Source: an uncultured Alphaproteobacteria bacterium
Lineage (GTDB): Bacteria; Pseudomonadota; Alphaproteobacteria; Rhizobiales; Beijerinckiaceae
Assembly: GCA_963783275.1 (NCBI GenBank)
Contig: CAWANA010000031.1
Span: forward strand, 17,300-81,299
Length of the DNA: 64,000 nt
Direction of reading: 5' to 3'
The position numbers and the translations under genes were made by a program. Positions 34,193-45,055 of this stretch are shown in pieces (the stretch's first letter is position 1; every line of letters begins with the position of its first letter). The notes below the pieces were generated by a model. The model saw nothing but the letters and a program-made list of their open reading frames with translations. It searched no databases and was not told the origin of the DNA.

Positions 34193-34417
34193 TTACTTAT
34201 AAGAGGCGGGATCCGCCATGCATTTGGTGTATTCGTCGTGGCGGGCGGAGCCCTTGACGCCTTTTTTAGCGACCATCTGAGAGCATTCCTTGCCGGCCTG
34301 ACATTTCCCGCCGCAGTAAGCGTAAGCCGATTCAAGACCTGTAAAACCGACGCCCGCTCCAACGAGAGCCAGAAGGCCAAAGGTGAAGACCACTCGAACC
34401 ATGCGCTGCTTGACCAT
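34193..34417 (-). CDS. Small secreted Cys-rich protein, PsiF-repeat-like
   Basis: Signal peptide ending AYA; mature YCGGKC..ECSQMVAKKGVKGSARHDEYTKCM. Confidence 0.6.
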   Translation of the reverse strand: MVKQRMVRVVFTFGLLALVGAGVGFTGLESAYAYCGGKCQAGKECSQMVAKKGVKGSARHDEYTKCMADPASYK

Positions 34418-34644
34418 GAGCGTTGCCCTTTCCAAGTTGTCCCGCATTCCCGCCCGGCCTCAATGCACGCAATGCAATTGATAACGTGCGGAATGCAACT
34501 GTAACTTTGCGCGGCGGCCAAACTTCGTCAAGGTGGAAAGTCCTGTCGTTGTAAAGCGGTGCGACAGGATGCGCCTGGCGTCCCCATTTCGTCGGGGAGC
34601 GCTTTTGACCTATAGCGAGGCGCTCAAACATCCGAGAGACCCTC

Positions 34645-35668
34645 ATGAACGCCGCTCCCCGCCCCTTCGACGATATCCGCGCCCTCCTTCCGCAAATGCC
34701 CGGCCCTGACGAGGCCGCGGCCGCCGCCGCGCGCGAGCGGGAGGCGCAGTTGACGAAGCCCGCGGGCTCGCTCGGCCGGCTCGAGGAGATTTCGGCCTTC
34801 CTCGCCGGCTGGCAGGGGTCCGCCCGGCCGCATGTCGAACAGTCCGCTGGTCGCGGTGTTCGCCGGCAATCACGGCGTCGTGGCCCAAGGCGTCTCGCCC
34901 TTTCCGCAGTCGGTCACCCGCGCGATGGTGGCGAACTTCACCGCAGGGGGCGCGGCGATCAACCAGATCTGCAAGACCTTCGACATTTCGCTGAAGGTCT
35001 ACGAACTCGCCCTCGACCTTCCGACCGGGGACATCACCCGGGAGCCGGCGATGGACGAGCGCACTTGCGCCGGCACCATCGCCTTCGGCATGGAGGCGCT
35101 CGCCTCCGAGCCCGACCTGCTCGTGCTCGGCGAAATGGGGATCGGCAACACCACGGCGGCGGCGGCGATTTTCCATGCGCTCTATGGCGGCGAGGCGGAG
35201 GACTGGGTCGGGCGCGGCACCGGCGTCGACGACGAGGGCCTGAAGCGCAAGGCGGAAGCGGTGCGCGCCGCCGTCGCGTTCCACAAAGGCCATCTCACCG
35301 ATCCGCTCGAAGTCCTTGCGCGCCTCGGCGGACGCGAGATCGCCGCGATGGCGGGGGCGATCGTGGCGGCGCGGCTGCGTCGCACGCCCGTGGTGCTCGA
35401 CGGCTTCGTCGTGTGCTCCGCGGCCGCCGTCCTTCAGGCGCTCGACAAGACGGCGCTCGACCATTGCCTCGCCGGCCACGTCTCGGCCGAGCGCGCCCAT
35501 CGCGCGGCGTTGAGTCGGATGGGCAAGACGCCGATCCTCGACCTCGGCATGCGGCTCGGCGAGGGCTCCGGCGCCGCGCTCGCGGTCGGCGTGATCAAGG
35601 CGGCGGTCGCCTGCCACAACGGCATGGCGACCTTCGCCGAGGCCGGCGTGGCGGGCAAGGACGCATAA
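34645..35668 (+). CDS. cobT: Nicotinate-nucleotide--dimethylbenzimidazole phosphoribosyltransferase (indel ~34840)
   Basis: [39 protein letters not shown]. Confidence 0.95.
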
Positions 35669-35691
35669 GGCGCAAGGTGGAGACGAGCGCA

Positions 35692-36357
35692 ATGGACAAG
35701 CAACGCTGGAGCGCGGTCGACGCCTATCTTGAAGACGCGTTGGTCGGACAGGACGCCGTGCTCGAAGCTGCGCTCGCCGATACCGAAGCCGCGGGCCTGC
35801 CGCCGATCGAAGTCTCCCCGACCCACGGCAAGATGCTGCATCTCCTCGCCCGCATCGCCGGCGCGCGCAACGCGCTCGAGATCGGCTTGCTCGGCGGCTA
35901 TTCGACGATCTGGATCGCCCGCGCCCTGCCCGCGGGCGGCAAGCTCGTAACGCTTGAGGCGAACGAGCGCCATGCCTCGGTCGCGCGGGCGAACATTGCC
36001 CGGGCGGGCCTGAGCGACCGGGTCGACATTCGGGTGGGAGACGCGCTGGACACCCTGCCGAAGATCGAGGCCGAGGGGCTCGGGCCGTTCGATTTCGTCT
36101 TCATCGACGCCGACAAGGAGAACAACGCGAATTACCTCGCCTGGGCGCTGCGCCTGTCCCGCCCCGGGACGATCATCGTCGTCGACAACGTGGTGAGAGA
36201 CGGCCGGATTTTGGACGCGAGGTCCCGCGATCACGATATCGTCGGCGTGCGCAAAATGTTCGAGATGATGAAGAGCGAGCCGCGACTTGTCGCGACCGCC
36301 GTCCAGACCGTCGGCGTCAAGGGCTGGGACGGTTTCGCGCTCGCCGTCGTCGCGTAA
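35692..36357 (+). CDS. O-methyltransferase (caffeoyl-CoA OMT family)
   Basis: LEIGLLGGYS, FDFVFIDADK, VVDNVVR, GVKGWDG. Confidence 0.93.
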   Translation: MDKQRWSAVDAYLEDALVGQDAVLEAALADTEAAGLPPIEVSPTHGKMLHLLARIAGARNALEIGLLGGYSTIWIARALPAGGKLVTLEANERHASVARANIARAGLSDRVDIRVGDALDTLPKIEAEGLGPFDFVFIDADKENNANYLAWALRLSRPGTIIVVDNVVRDGRILDARSRDHDIVGVRKMFEMMKSEPRLVATAVQTVGVKGWDGFALAVVA

Positions 36358-36467
36358 AAGTTGACAGGCGTAGCAATTGGAAAGACAGGTATTGAAATGG
36401 GTGTTGTCTGCCTGGCCCTTTTTTGGGCGCAACGCGGCGGTTGCATAAAGCGCAGCGCCTCCCGTAA

Positions 36468-36485
36468 AGTTGACGCCGGTCAACT
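36468..36485. promoter_or_regulatory. Palindromic Crp/Fnr-like site upstream of PEP-CTERM gene
   Basis: AGTTGAC-GCCG-GTCAACT, 7-bp perfect arms. Confidence 0.55.
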
Positions 36486-36559
36486 GCTTTGCCGAATGAC
36501 CACTCCTTGGGTGTTCTCGCAGCGCGGTTTGGACCGATAACTTACGAGGGAACGGCGCT

Positions 36560-37160
36560 ATGAAGCTATATAGACTTCTGGGAAGAACTTTGCCTTTGAT
36601 TGCGGCCCTGGTGACGGGGCAAGAGGCTCGAGCAACAAGCTACACGTTCACCTTCAGCTCTGGTGACGTCAGCGGCGACCTTATTTTTACGGTCGGCAGC
36701 TCGGCGCTGACCGATGACCCTACGAATTCGCTGCCGATCACCAGCATCACCGGAACAATAACCGACGCCAGCGACGGCGATCTAAATGAATCGGTCTCAA
36801 GCATCGTGGCGATCAATCCGGTGCCAGGAGACCCGGAGGCCCCGCATAGTTTCAGCGTCTATTCGACAACTGGAAATAGTTACGACAATTTGTACTACGT
36901 AAACGACGATTCCCCAGTTGTTTGCACGGGCTACCCTTTCAGCGGCGGCGTTCTCGACATTTACGGCGTGGCGTTCACGCTGGACAACGGGCAATTCGTC
37001 AACGTCTGGAGCAATGGCGTGTATCCTGAGGCGTCGGGGCCCAGTTATCAAGCCGCCGTGACCCCCGAACCTTCGACTTGGGCCATGATGGCGCTGGGCT
37101 TCGCGGGTCTCGGAATTCGCGGGCTATCGCGGTTCGCGCAAGAGCGCTGCCGTCGCCTGA
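36560..37160 (+). CDS. PEP-CTERM (PEPxxWA) sorting-domain protein (indel ~37113)
   Basis: Signal peptide, acidic S/T-rich body, TPEPSTWAMMALGFAGLG|FAGYRGSRKSAAVA*. Confidence 0.88.
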
Positions 37161-37180
37161 GGCGGACGATCCAGCGCTCA

Positions 37181-37213
37181 GAAAAGCCGCCTTCTTCGGG
37201 CGGCTTTTCTTTT
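37181..37213. terminator. Probable bidirectional intrinsic terminator
   Basis: GAAAAGCCGCC-TTCTTCG-GGCGGCTTTTC-TTTT between convergent genes. Confidence 0.8.
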
Positions 37214-37222
37214 GGCCGGCGC

Positions 37223-38036
37223 CTACCGCAAGAGGCGTCGCGCCGCCGCGAGCCACCCATAGACGATGTTTTTCGCCGCGATCCGCGGCGGCGGCGCCTG
37301 CGTCTCCGGCGCCGCCTCGCGCGCTTCGCAACCCGGCGCGAGGTCGGCGAAGGCGATCTCGCCATCGGTATAGAACGGGTCGCCGCCGCCGTTGCGGCCG
37401 AACAGGGTCGGGCCCGATCCCGCTCACCGAGTAGGTCTTGTCGACCCGCTTGGCCTCGACGAGGTCGTTGATCAGGAAATCGCGCTCGGCGTCGACGTCG
37501 GGCGCGGTGTGGTGGGTGATCTGGCCGGTGTAGTGGCTGATTCCGACTCTGTCGTCGAATGACGCCGCGCCGAGCCAGACCGGCCGGCCGTCGTCGCCGG
37601 AATCGAGCGCCTTCCAGAACCGGACATGATGCCGGGTCCTGGCGCTGCCGGCCGGCTCCTTCTCGAACGCGAAATCCTGCCTGCGCCCTTCGAAAAAGAG
37701 CGGGCTGACCGGCGCTTCCCGATAGGGCCGGTGAAAGACGACGCTGCCGGCGATCCGCATGGACGATTCGAGCGTCACCGGATCGGACGGCGACCAGCCG
37801 GCGGCGGCCATGGCGCACATGAGATCGGCTTCGGAGCCTTCGAGGCCGACATTGATGACGTCGCCGGGGATGCCCTGGGCGGTGACGGTGCGGGCGCCGA
37901 GATCCGCAATCTCTCGCTGCCGCTCGTAGTGGCGCCACACGAACGGCGCGGCCAGATAGGCCAGCGCGAGATAGGCCGCCGCGACCGTCGCGACGACGGC
38001 AAGAGCGCGGCGTCGATCGAATTTCGGCGGCGTCAT
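37223..38036 (-). CDS. LssY C-terminal domain protein (frameshift near 37410)
   Basis: PGDVINVGL, YREAPVSPLFF.GR.QDFAFEK, RHHVRFW, QITHH..PDVDAERD, FYTDG. Confidence 0.85.
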
Positions 38037-38122
38037 CTGGGGTGATTCCGGCCTTCGAATTGCGGTAAGAGCAAAGCGGCGCGACGGCGACGCCATGAGC
38101 GTGAAGGCGGGGTGGCAATTCC

Positions 38123-39898
38123 ATGGGGTTCATCAGACTATACGTTCGGGTCCTCGGCCGGCTCGGGCCGCAGAAATGGCTGGCGGCCGGACTGGTGCTC
38201 GCCAACGTCGCGCTCGCGGTGTCGCAATTCGCCGAGCCGATGCTGTTCGGCAAGATCATCGACCAGCTGACCCGGACGCAGAGCGCGGGCTTCACCTTGA
38301 CATGGGCGGGAATCGGTCCCTGGCTCGCCGCCTGGGCGGCGTTCGGCATCTTCAGCATCGTCGCCAGCGTCACGACCGCGCTCCATTCCGACCGCCTCGC
38401 CCACCGCCGCCGCGTGGTCGAGATGGCGGCCTATTTCGACCACGTGCTGCACCTGCCGATGAGCTTTCACGCCAACGCCCACACCGGGCGGCTGCTCAAG
38501 ATCATGATCGAGGGCGCCTCGGGCATGTTCGGCGTGTGGCTGTCGTTCTTCCGCGAGCATTTCGCCGCGCTGGTGTCGCTCGGCGTGCTGCTGCCGGCGA
38601 CGCTGATCGTCAACTGGCGGCTCGGCGGCATCCTGCTCGATCCTGGTCGTCGTGCTCGGCGTTCTCATGAACATCGTGCTGCGCAAGACCGAGGTCATGC
38701 AGAGCGCCGCCGACGTCTATTCGAACGACGTCGCCGAGCGGGTGTCGGACGTGCTCGGCAACATGCCGGCGATCCAGAGCTTCGCCCGCGCCGACGAGGA
38801 GACGAGCGCGCTCAACCGCATGATCGACCGGATGCTCAACGCCCAGCTGCCGGTGCTGACCTGGTGGGCGTTCGCGTCGGTCGCGACGCGGTCGAGCTCG
38901 ACGATGGCGCTGGTCTCGATCCTCGTCACCGGCGTCTGGCTCCTGATGCAGGACCTGACCACGGTCGGGCAGATCGTCGCCTTCATGTCGCTGTCGCAGA
39001 TGCTGGTCGGGCGGCTCGAGCAGACGGTCGGCCTTCGCCAATTACATGCTGAGCCAGTCGCCGCGGATCCGGATGTTCTTCGAGGTGATGGACACGCAAG
39101 CCCGACGTCAGCGACGCGCCCGACGCGGTCGCGGTCGGCCGGCTCGTCGGCGACGTGCGGTTCGAGGACGTGTCGTTCGCCTACGACAAGGCGCGCGAGG
39201 CGCTCTCCGACGTGAGCTTCGAAGCGCCAGGCCGGCCAGACGATCGCGCTCGTCGGCTCGACCGGATCGGGCAAGTCGACCACGCTGAACCTCCTGCACC
39301 GGGTGTTCGACCCGACCGAGGGGCGGATCACGATCGACGGGCGCGACATCCGCACGATGACGCTCGAGTCGCTGCGCGAGAACATCGGCGTCGTGTTCCA
39401 GGAGCCGTTCATCTTCGCCCGCTCGATCGAGGAGAACCTGCGCATCGGCAAGCCCGACGCGACCGAGGCCGAGATGGAGCGGGCGCTCGAGGCGGCGCAG
39501 GCGATCGATTTCGTCCGCCGCGTCCCCGAACGGCCTCAAGACCGTGATCGGCGAGCGCGGCCGCAATCTGTCGGGCGGCGAGCGGCAGCGGCTGTCGATC
39601 GCCCGCGCGCTCCTCAAGGACCCGCCGATCATGGTGCTCGACGAGGCGACCAGCGCCCTCGACGCCAAGACCGAGCGTCAGGTCCAGGCGGCGGTCGACG
39701 CGGCGATGCGCGGGCGCACCACCTTCGTCATCGCCCACCGGCTCGCCACGATCCGCAACGCCGACCGGATCCTGGTGTTCGATCAGGGGCGGATCATCGA
39801 GAGCGGGTCGTTCGACGAACTGGTGGCGCGAGGGCGGCGTGTTCGCCGCTCTGGCGAAGGCGCAGTTCATGATCGGGGCGGATCCGGCGCACGCGTAA
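38123..39898 (+). CDS. ndvA: Cyclic beta-glucan ABC exporter NdvA/ChvA-like (multiple indels)
   Basis: [54 protein letters not shown]. Confidence 0.85.
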
Positions 39899-39979
39899 CA
39901 ACGTACCTGCAAAGCGCGAACGACGACCTGCCGCCGAGCCCTTGCGGCTGTGCTAGGATCAAACGCCAAGGAGCCCGCG

Positions 39980-40387
39980 ATGAGCCAAGGCCAATTCCCC
40001 GTCACCCACACGGAAGCCGAGTGGCGCGCCCTGCTGACGCCCGAGCAGTACGCAATCATGCGCGAGCACGCGACCGAACGCCCCGGAAGCTGCGCGCTCC
40101 TTCACGAGAAGCGCCCGGGCGTGTTCGCCTGCGCCGGCTGCGGCCAGCCGCTGTTCGAGAGCGCGACCAAGTTCGACAGCGGCACCGGCTGGCCGAGCTT
40201 CACCACGCCCGTCGCCGGCGCGCTCGGCCGGACGGTCGACGACTCCTGGGGCATGAGCCGGACAGAGGTGCATTGCGCGCGCTGCGGCTCGCATCTCGGC
40301 CACGTCTTCCCCGACGGCCCGCCGCCGACCGGCCTGCGCTATTGCATCAACGGCGTGGCGACCACATTCACGCCGGCGGACGGATGA
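39980..40387 (+). CDS. msrB: Peptide methionine sulfoxide reductase B
   Basis: [27 protein letters not shown]. Confidence 0.96.
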   Translation: MSQGQFPVTHTEAEWRALLTPEQYAIMREHATERPGSCALLHEKRPGVFACAGCGQPLFESATKFDSGTGWPSFTTPVAGALGRTVDDSWGMSRTEVHCARCGSHLGHVFPDGPPPTGLRYCINGVATTFTPADG

Positions 40388-41513
40388 CGGCGGCCGATCG
40401 AGTTCGGGCGGAGGCGGTCGAAGACCGCCCCTCTCAGCGCGCGCGACAGGATCCTTCCGGCGCTGCGGCGGCGGAGGTTCTGCGCCGCCTCACCGACCAT
40501 GCGCCCTTCAAGAGCGGCCGCCTCGGCGTGCTGATCGTCAATCTCGGCACGCCCGAGGGGACCGACTACTGGTCGATGCGGCGCTATCTCAAGGAGTTCC
40601 TGTCCGACCAGAGGGTGATCGAGGCGCCGCGCGCGATCTGGCGGCCGATCCTCGCAGCTCATCCTGCTCAGGCGCCCGACCGCCAAGGGCCGCGACTACG
40701 CCGCGATCTGGAACATGGAGCGCAACGAGGGGCCGCTGAAGACCATCACCCGGTCGCAGAGCGAGAAGCTCGCGGAGGCGCTGAAAGACGTGTCGCCCGA
40801 AGTCGACGTCGACTGGGCGATGCGCTACGGAAAGCCGCCGATCGCCGACGCGTCTCGCCGCCCTGCAGTACAAGGGCTGCGACCGCATCCTCGTCGTCCC
40901 GCTCTATCCGCAATATTGCGCCGCGACGACCGCGACGGTCGGCGACAAGGTGTTCGACGCGCTGAAGGCGATGCGCTGGCAGCCGACGATCCGCATCGCC
41001 GCGCCCTGGTACGACGATCCGGCCTATATCGAGGCGCTGGCGCGCTCGACCCGCGACGGCCTCGCCAGGCTCGATTTCGAGCCGGAGGTCGTGCTCGCCT
41101 CGTTTCACGGCATTCCGCAGGCCTATTTCGAGAAGGGCGATCCCTATTACTGCCATTGCGCCAAGACGACGCGGCTGCTCGCCGCGGCGCTCGGATGGGA
41201 AGAAGGGCGCCTGAGGATGACCTTCCAGTCGCGGTTCGGCCCGGGCGAATGGCTGCAGCCCTATACGGACGAGACGGTGCGCGATCTCGCCCGAAGCGGC
41301 GTCAAGCGGATCGCTGTGATCACGCCCGGCTTCGCCGCCGACTGCCTGGAGACGCTGGAGGAGATCGGGGTGGAAAACGCCGGCTATTTCCGCGAGGCCG
41401 GCGGCGAGAGCTTTGCCGCGATCCCTTGTCTCAACGACAGCGCCGAGGGCATGGCGGTGATCGAGGCGGTCGCCCGGCGCGAACTCGAGGGCTGGACGAC
41501 GCCGATATTGTAG
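40384..41513 (+). CDS. hemH: Ferrochelatase (frameshifted)
   Basis: [45 protein letters not shown]. Confidence 0.95.
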
Positions 41514-41588
41514 CCGCGCTCGCTGAGCGCGGACCCGGCCAGCGGCCCCGTCTACAAGGCGCGATCCGAGAGGGTCGTTGTCCGGGCG

Positions 41589-42110
41589 CTACGCCGGGCG
41601 GGGAGAAACCCTGAGCCACGGCCGCGAGCCGGTCCTGGCTTCGCCCCCGACGCTCGCCGGCTGGTAATGGATCGCCGGCCCCGGCAGACGGCCCGCCTCC
41701 AGCGCGCGAATCGTCGGCGCGTTCGTGACCTCGAACGCGGTGAATCCGCAGCGGAGCATGAACGGAATCTCGTCGATCAGCACGTCGCCGGTCGCGCGCA
41801 ATTCGCCCTTGAAGCCGTAGCGGTCGCGCAGCAGCCGCGCGTAGGAGAACGCCCGGCCGTCGGCGAATTTCGCGAAAGCGAGCGCGACCAGCGGCCGGTC
41901 GTGCGAGGTCCTTCGAGATGCGCCTGCGCGTCGGCGCCGGCCTCGACCGCGACGCCGACCGGCGCCTTGCGCTGCGAAAGCGTCTCGCGTTCGCCGAGCC
42001 AGCGCTTGAGCGACACGATCGACCGCGCCCTCGGTCGGCGCAGCGGGCGCGTCGTCGGCGAGATGCGTCCAAATCTCTTCGGCGAAGCCGCCGGGGCGCC
42101 ACAGGGCCAT
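41589..42110 (-). CDS. DUF934 domain protein (frameshifted)
   Basis: FAKFADGRAFSYARLLR, GELRATGDVLID, RCGF. Confidence 0.9.
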   Translation of the reverse strand: MALWRPGGFAEEIWTHLADDAPAAPTEGAVDRVAQALARRTRDAFAAQGAGRRRGRGRRRRAGASRRTSHDRPLVALAFAKFADGRAFSYARLLRDRYGFKGELRATGDVLIDEIPFMLRCGFTAFEVTNAPTIRALEAGRLPGPAIHYQPASVGGEARTGSRPWLRVSPRPA

Positions 42111-42845
42111 CAGATGTCCGCTCCCGCGTCGAGAACCGTGGTGTGGATGCCGCATTCGGTCTTGCCGCGCCCGCGCCAGCGGCCCGGCGCGCTCGTCCTC
42201 GCCGGGCTTCACCGCGCTCGTGCACGGCATGCAGCCGATCGAGGGAAAGCCCTTGGCGACCAGCGGATGGCGCGGCAGTCCGGCCTCGCGGACGTAGTCG
42301 AGAATGTCGGTCGCGCTCCAGCCGACCAGCGGATTGACCTTCACCCGCTCGCCCTCGGCCTCGAACAGCGGCAGCGTCGCGCGCGTCGCGCTCTGAAAGC
42401 CCTTGCGGCCGGTGATCCAGGCGTCGAAGCCCTCCATCGCGGCGGCGAGCGGCCGGACCTTGCGGATCTCGCAGCAGCGGTCCGGGTCGCTGGAGAACAG
42501 CCACTTTTCCGGGTCCTCCTCGGCGAGCGTCTCGGCCTTCGGCTCGGCGTTGATCACATTGGTCAGGCCGAGCAGCGCGCAGAGCTCGTCGCGATAGGCG
42601 AGCGTCTCGGGGAAATGCTGGCCCGTGTCGACGAAGATGACCGGCGTCGCCTTGTCGACGCGCGACACCATGTGCAGGAGCGCCGCGGCGTCGGCGCCGA
42701 AGCTCGAAACCAGCGCGATGCGGCCGGGGAACAGGTCCTCGATCGCCAGCCGGATGAGCGACGTCGCCTTGACCCGCGCGAAGCGGCTCTCGAGCCGCGA
42801 GGCGGCGATCTGGTCGCCGAACAGCTTGACGTCATGGGCGCTCAT
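42110..42845 (-). CDS. cysH: APS/PAPS reductase
   Basis: SSFGAD, CCEIRKV, WITGRK, SIGCMPCT, ECGIH. Confidence 0.95.
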
Positions 42846-44525
42846 CAGATGTCCGATCCGGCGCTGCGTTCGTAGAGCGCCTCCTTGAACGGCGCGATGC
42901 CCACCCGGCGGAACGCGTCGAGGAAAGTCTCGGCCTCGTCCGTCCTCAGGCCCATGTAGGTCTCGACGATCGTCTCGACCGCCCCGACGACGTTCTCGGA
43001 GCTGAAGCCGGGACCGACGATCTGGCCGATCGCGGCGTTCTCGTCGCCCGAGCCGCCGAGCGTGATCTGGTAGGTCTCCTCGCCCGCGCGCTCGAGCCCG
43101 AGGATGCCGATGTGGCCGACGTGATGGTGGCCGCAGGCGTTGATGCAGCCGCAGATCTTGATCTTCAGCGGGCCGATCGCCTTCGCCTTGGCGCCGTCGC
43201 CGAAGCGTCTTGGCGATCCGTTCGGCGACCGGAATCGAGCGGGCGGTCGCCAGCGCGCAATAGTCGAGGCCCGGGCAGGCGATGATGTCGCTGATCTGGC
43301 CGGCGTTCGGCGTCGCGAGCCCGACCGAGGCGAGACGGTCGTAGACGGCCGGCAGGTCGTCGAGCGCGACATGGGGCAGGATCAGGTTCTGCTCGTGCGA
43401 GACGCGGATCTCGTCGTGCGAATAATCCTCGGCGAGATCGGCGACGGCGTCCATCTGGTCGGCGCTGGCGTCGCCGGGCGGCGCGCCGATCGGCTTCAAG
43501 CGACACCGTGACGACGACATAGCCCGGCGTCTTGTGCGGCGACGACGTTGGCGGCGAGGAAGCTCGCGAAGCGCGCGTCCTTGCCCTTGCGCCGCTCGAC
43601 CCGGTCGCTGACCGGCTTCTTCGGCTCGAGCGCGGGCGGAGCGAAGAACGCCGCGACGCGCGCGACCTCCTCCGGCGGCAGGTCGAGCGGCGTCCGGTCG
43701 CGGGCCGCGAATTCGGCCTCGATCTCGCCTTTGAGCGTCTCGAGGCGTCTTCTCGTGCAGCAGGATCTTGATCCGCGCCTTGTACTTGTTGTCGCGCCGA
43801 CCTTCGAGATTGTAGACGCGCAGGATCGCCTCGACGTAGGCGAGGAGGTCGCGCTCGGGCAGGAAGTCGCGCACCTTGCGGCCGATGAACGGCGTCCGCC
43901 CGAGGCCGCCGCCGACATAGACCGTAAAGCCGAGCTCGCCCTGCCTCGTTGCGCACCACCTGCAGCCCGATGTCATGCGCCTGGATCACCGCGCGGTCGT
44001 GCGGCGCGCCGTTGACCGCGATCTTGAACTTGCGCGGCAGGAAGCGAGAATTCCGGATGCAGCGACGACCATTGCCGCAGGATCTCGGCGTAGGGGCGCG
44101 GGTCGGCGATCTCGTCGTGCGACGACGCCGGCGAAATGGTCGGCGGTGACGTTGCGGATGCAGTTTCCCGACGTCTGGATGGCGTGCATCTCGACGCTCG
44201 CGAGCTCGGCCAGAATGTCGGGCGTGTCCTTCAGCGCCGGCCAGTTGTACTGGATGTTCTGCCGGGTGGTGAAATGGCCGTAGCCGCGATCGTACTTGCG
44301 GGCGATCTCGGCGAGCTTGCGCATCTGGCGCGAATTCAGCGTGCCATAGGGAATGGCGACGCGCAGCATGTAGGCGTGGAGCTGCAGGTAGAGCCCGTTC
44401 ATCAGCCGGTGGGGGCGGAACTGCTCCTCGGTCAGCTCGCCGACGAGGCGGCGGGCGACCTGGTCGCGGAACTGCTCGACGCGCGCGTCGACGAAGGCCT
44501 GATCGAAGTCGTCATAGTGATACAT
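42845..44525 (-). CDS. cysI: Nitrite/sulfite reductase hemoprotein (multiple indels)
   Basis: MYHYDDFD, NGLYLQLHAYMLR, TTRQNIQ, CPGLDYC, GCINACG. Confidence 0.92.
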
Positions 44526-44862
44526 GGTCGGCCTCCTTAACGGCGGTCGGGCCGGAACGCGGCGCGAGCCCTTGCGCCTGCTTGCCGAGATCGCGCCGGA
44601 CGGTCGGCCCGGCGGCGCGGATCGCCTCGCGCAAGCGCCTTGGGGACGACATGGCCGTTGCGCGTCTCGACCGCGACGGCATAGGCGTCGACGATGAGAT
44701 TGCGCGCCTCGTCCTCGTCGGCGCGCGCAAGCGCGCGCCTTGGTCGCCGCGGCGTCGGGCCAGACCGCGGCGCGGTTGAAGTCCTCGCTCCAGCCCGCGT
44801 CGCGCGGTCTGAAACACGACAACGCCATCCGCAAGGCGGTTGGCGGTGATGACATCGGGCAT
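44512..44862 (-). CDS. DUF2849 domain protein (frameshifted)
   Basis: ITANRLADGVVVF; LREAIRAAGPTV. Confidence 0.85.
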   Translation of the reverse strand: MPDVITANRLADGVVVFQTARRGLERGLQPRRGLARRRGDQGARLRAPTRTRRAISSSTPMPSRSRRATAMSSPRRLREAIRAAGPTVRRDLGKQAQGLAPRSGPTAVKEADHVSL

Positions 44863-45055
44863 AGAGATCTCTCGAAGCTCGCGCGACAGCGACGGCTCAC
44901 ATAGGGCGTAACAGATTTTACGGCAAGCCTCTATAACTCATTTTATATTTCATTCTTTTTTCGTATTATTGCGATGTATCTATATAGAATATATCTACTT
45001 TTGTCCTTCGCGCCTTGTTGCTGTCGGGTCCCCGCCTGCAACGGGCCCAGTCGTC

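Noticed and set aside
34450-34644. Cobalamin riboswitch upstream of cobT
   Set aside because: No recognisable B12-box or conserved core.
34645-36357. 570-aa CobT-methyltransferase fusion ORF
   Set aside because: Frameshift artefact; cobT stops at 35668 and the OMT starts at 35692.
41589-43976. 795-aa CysI-CysH-DUF934 fusion ORF
   Set aside because: Product of several indels; each gene has its own coupled start and stop.
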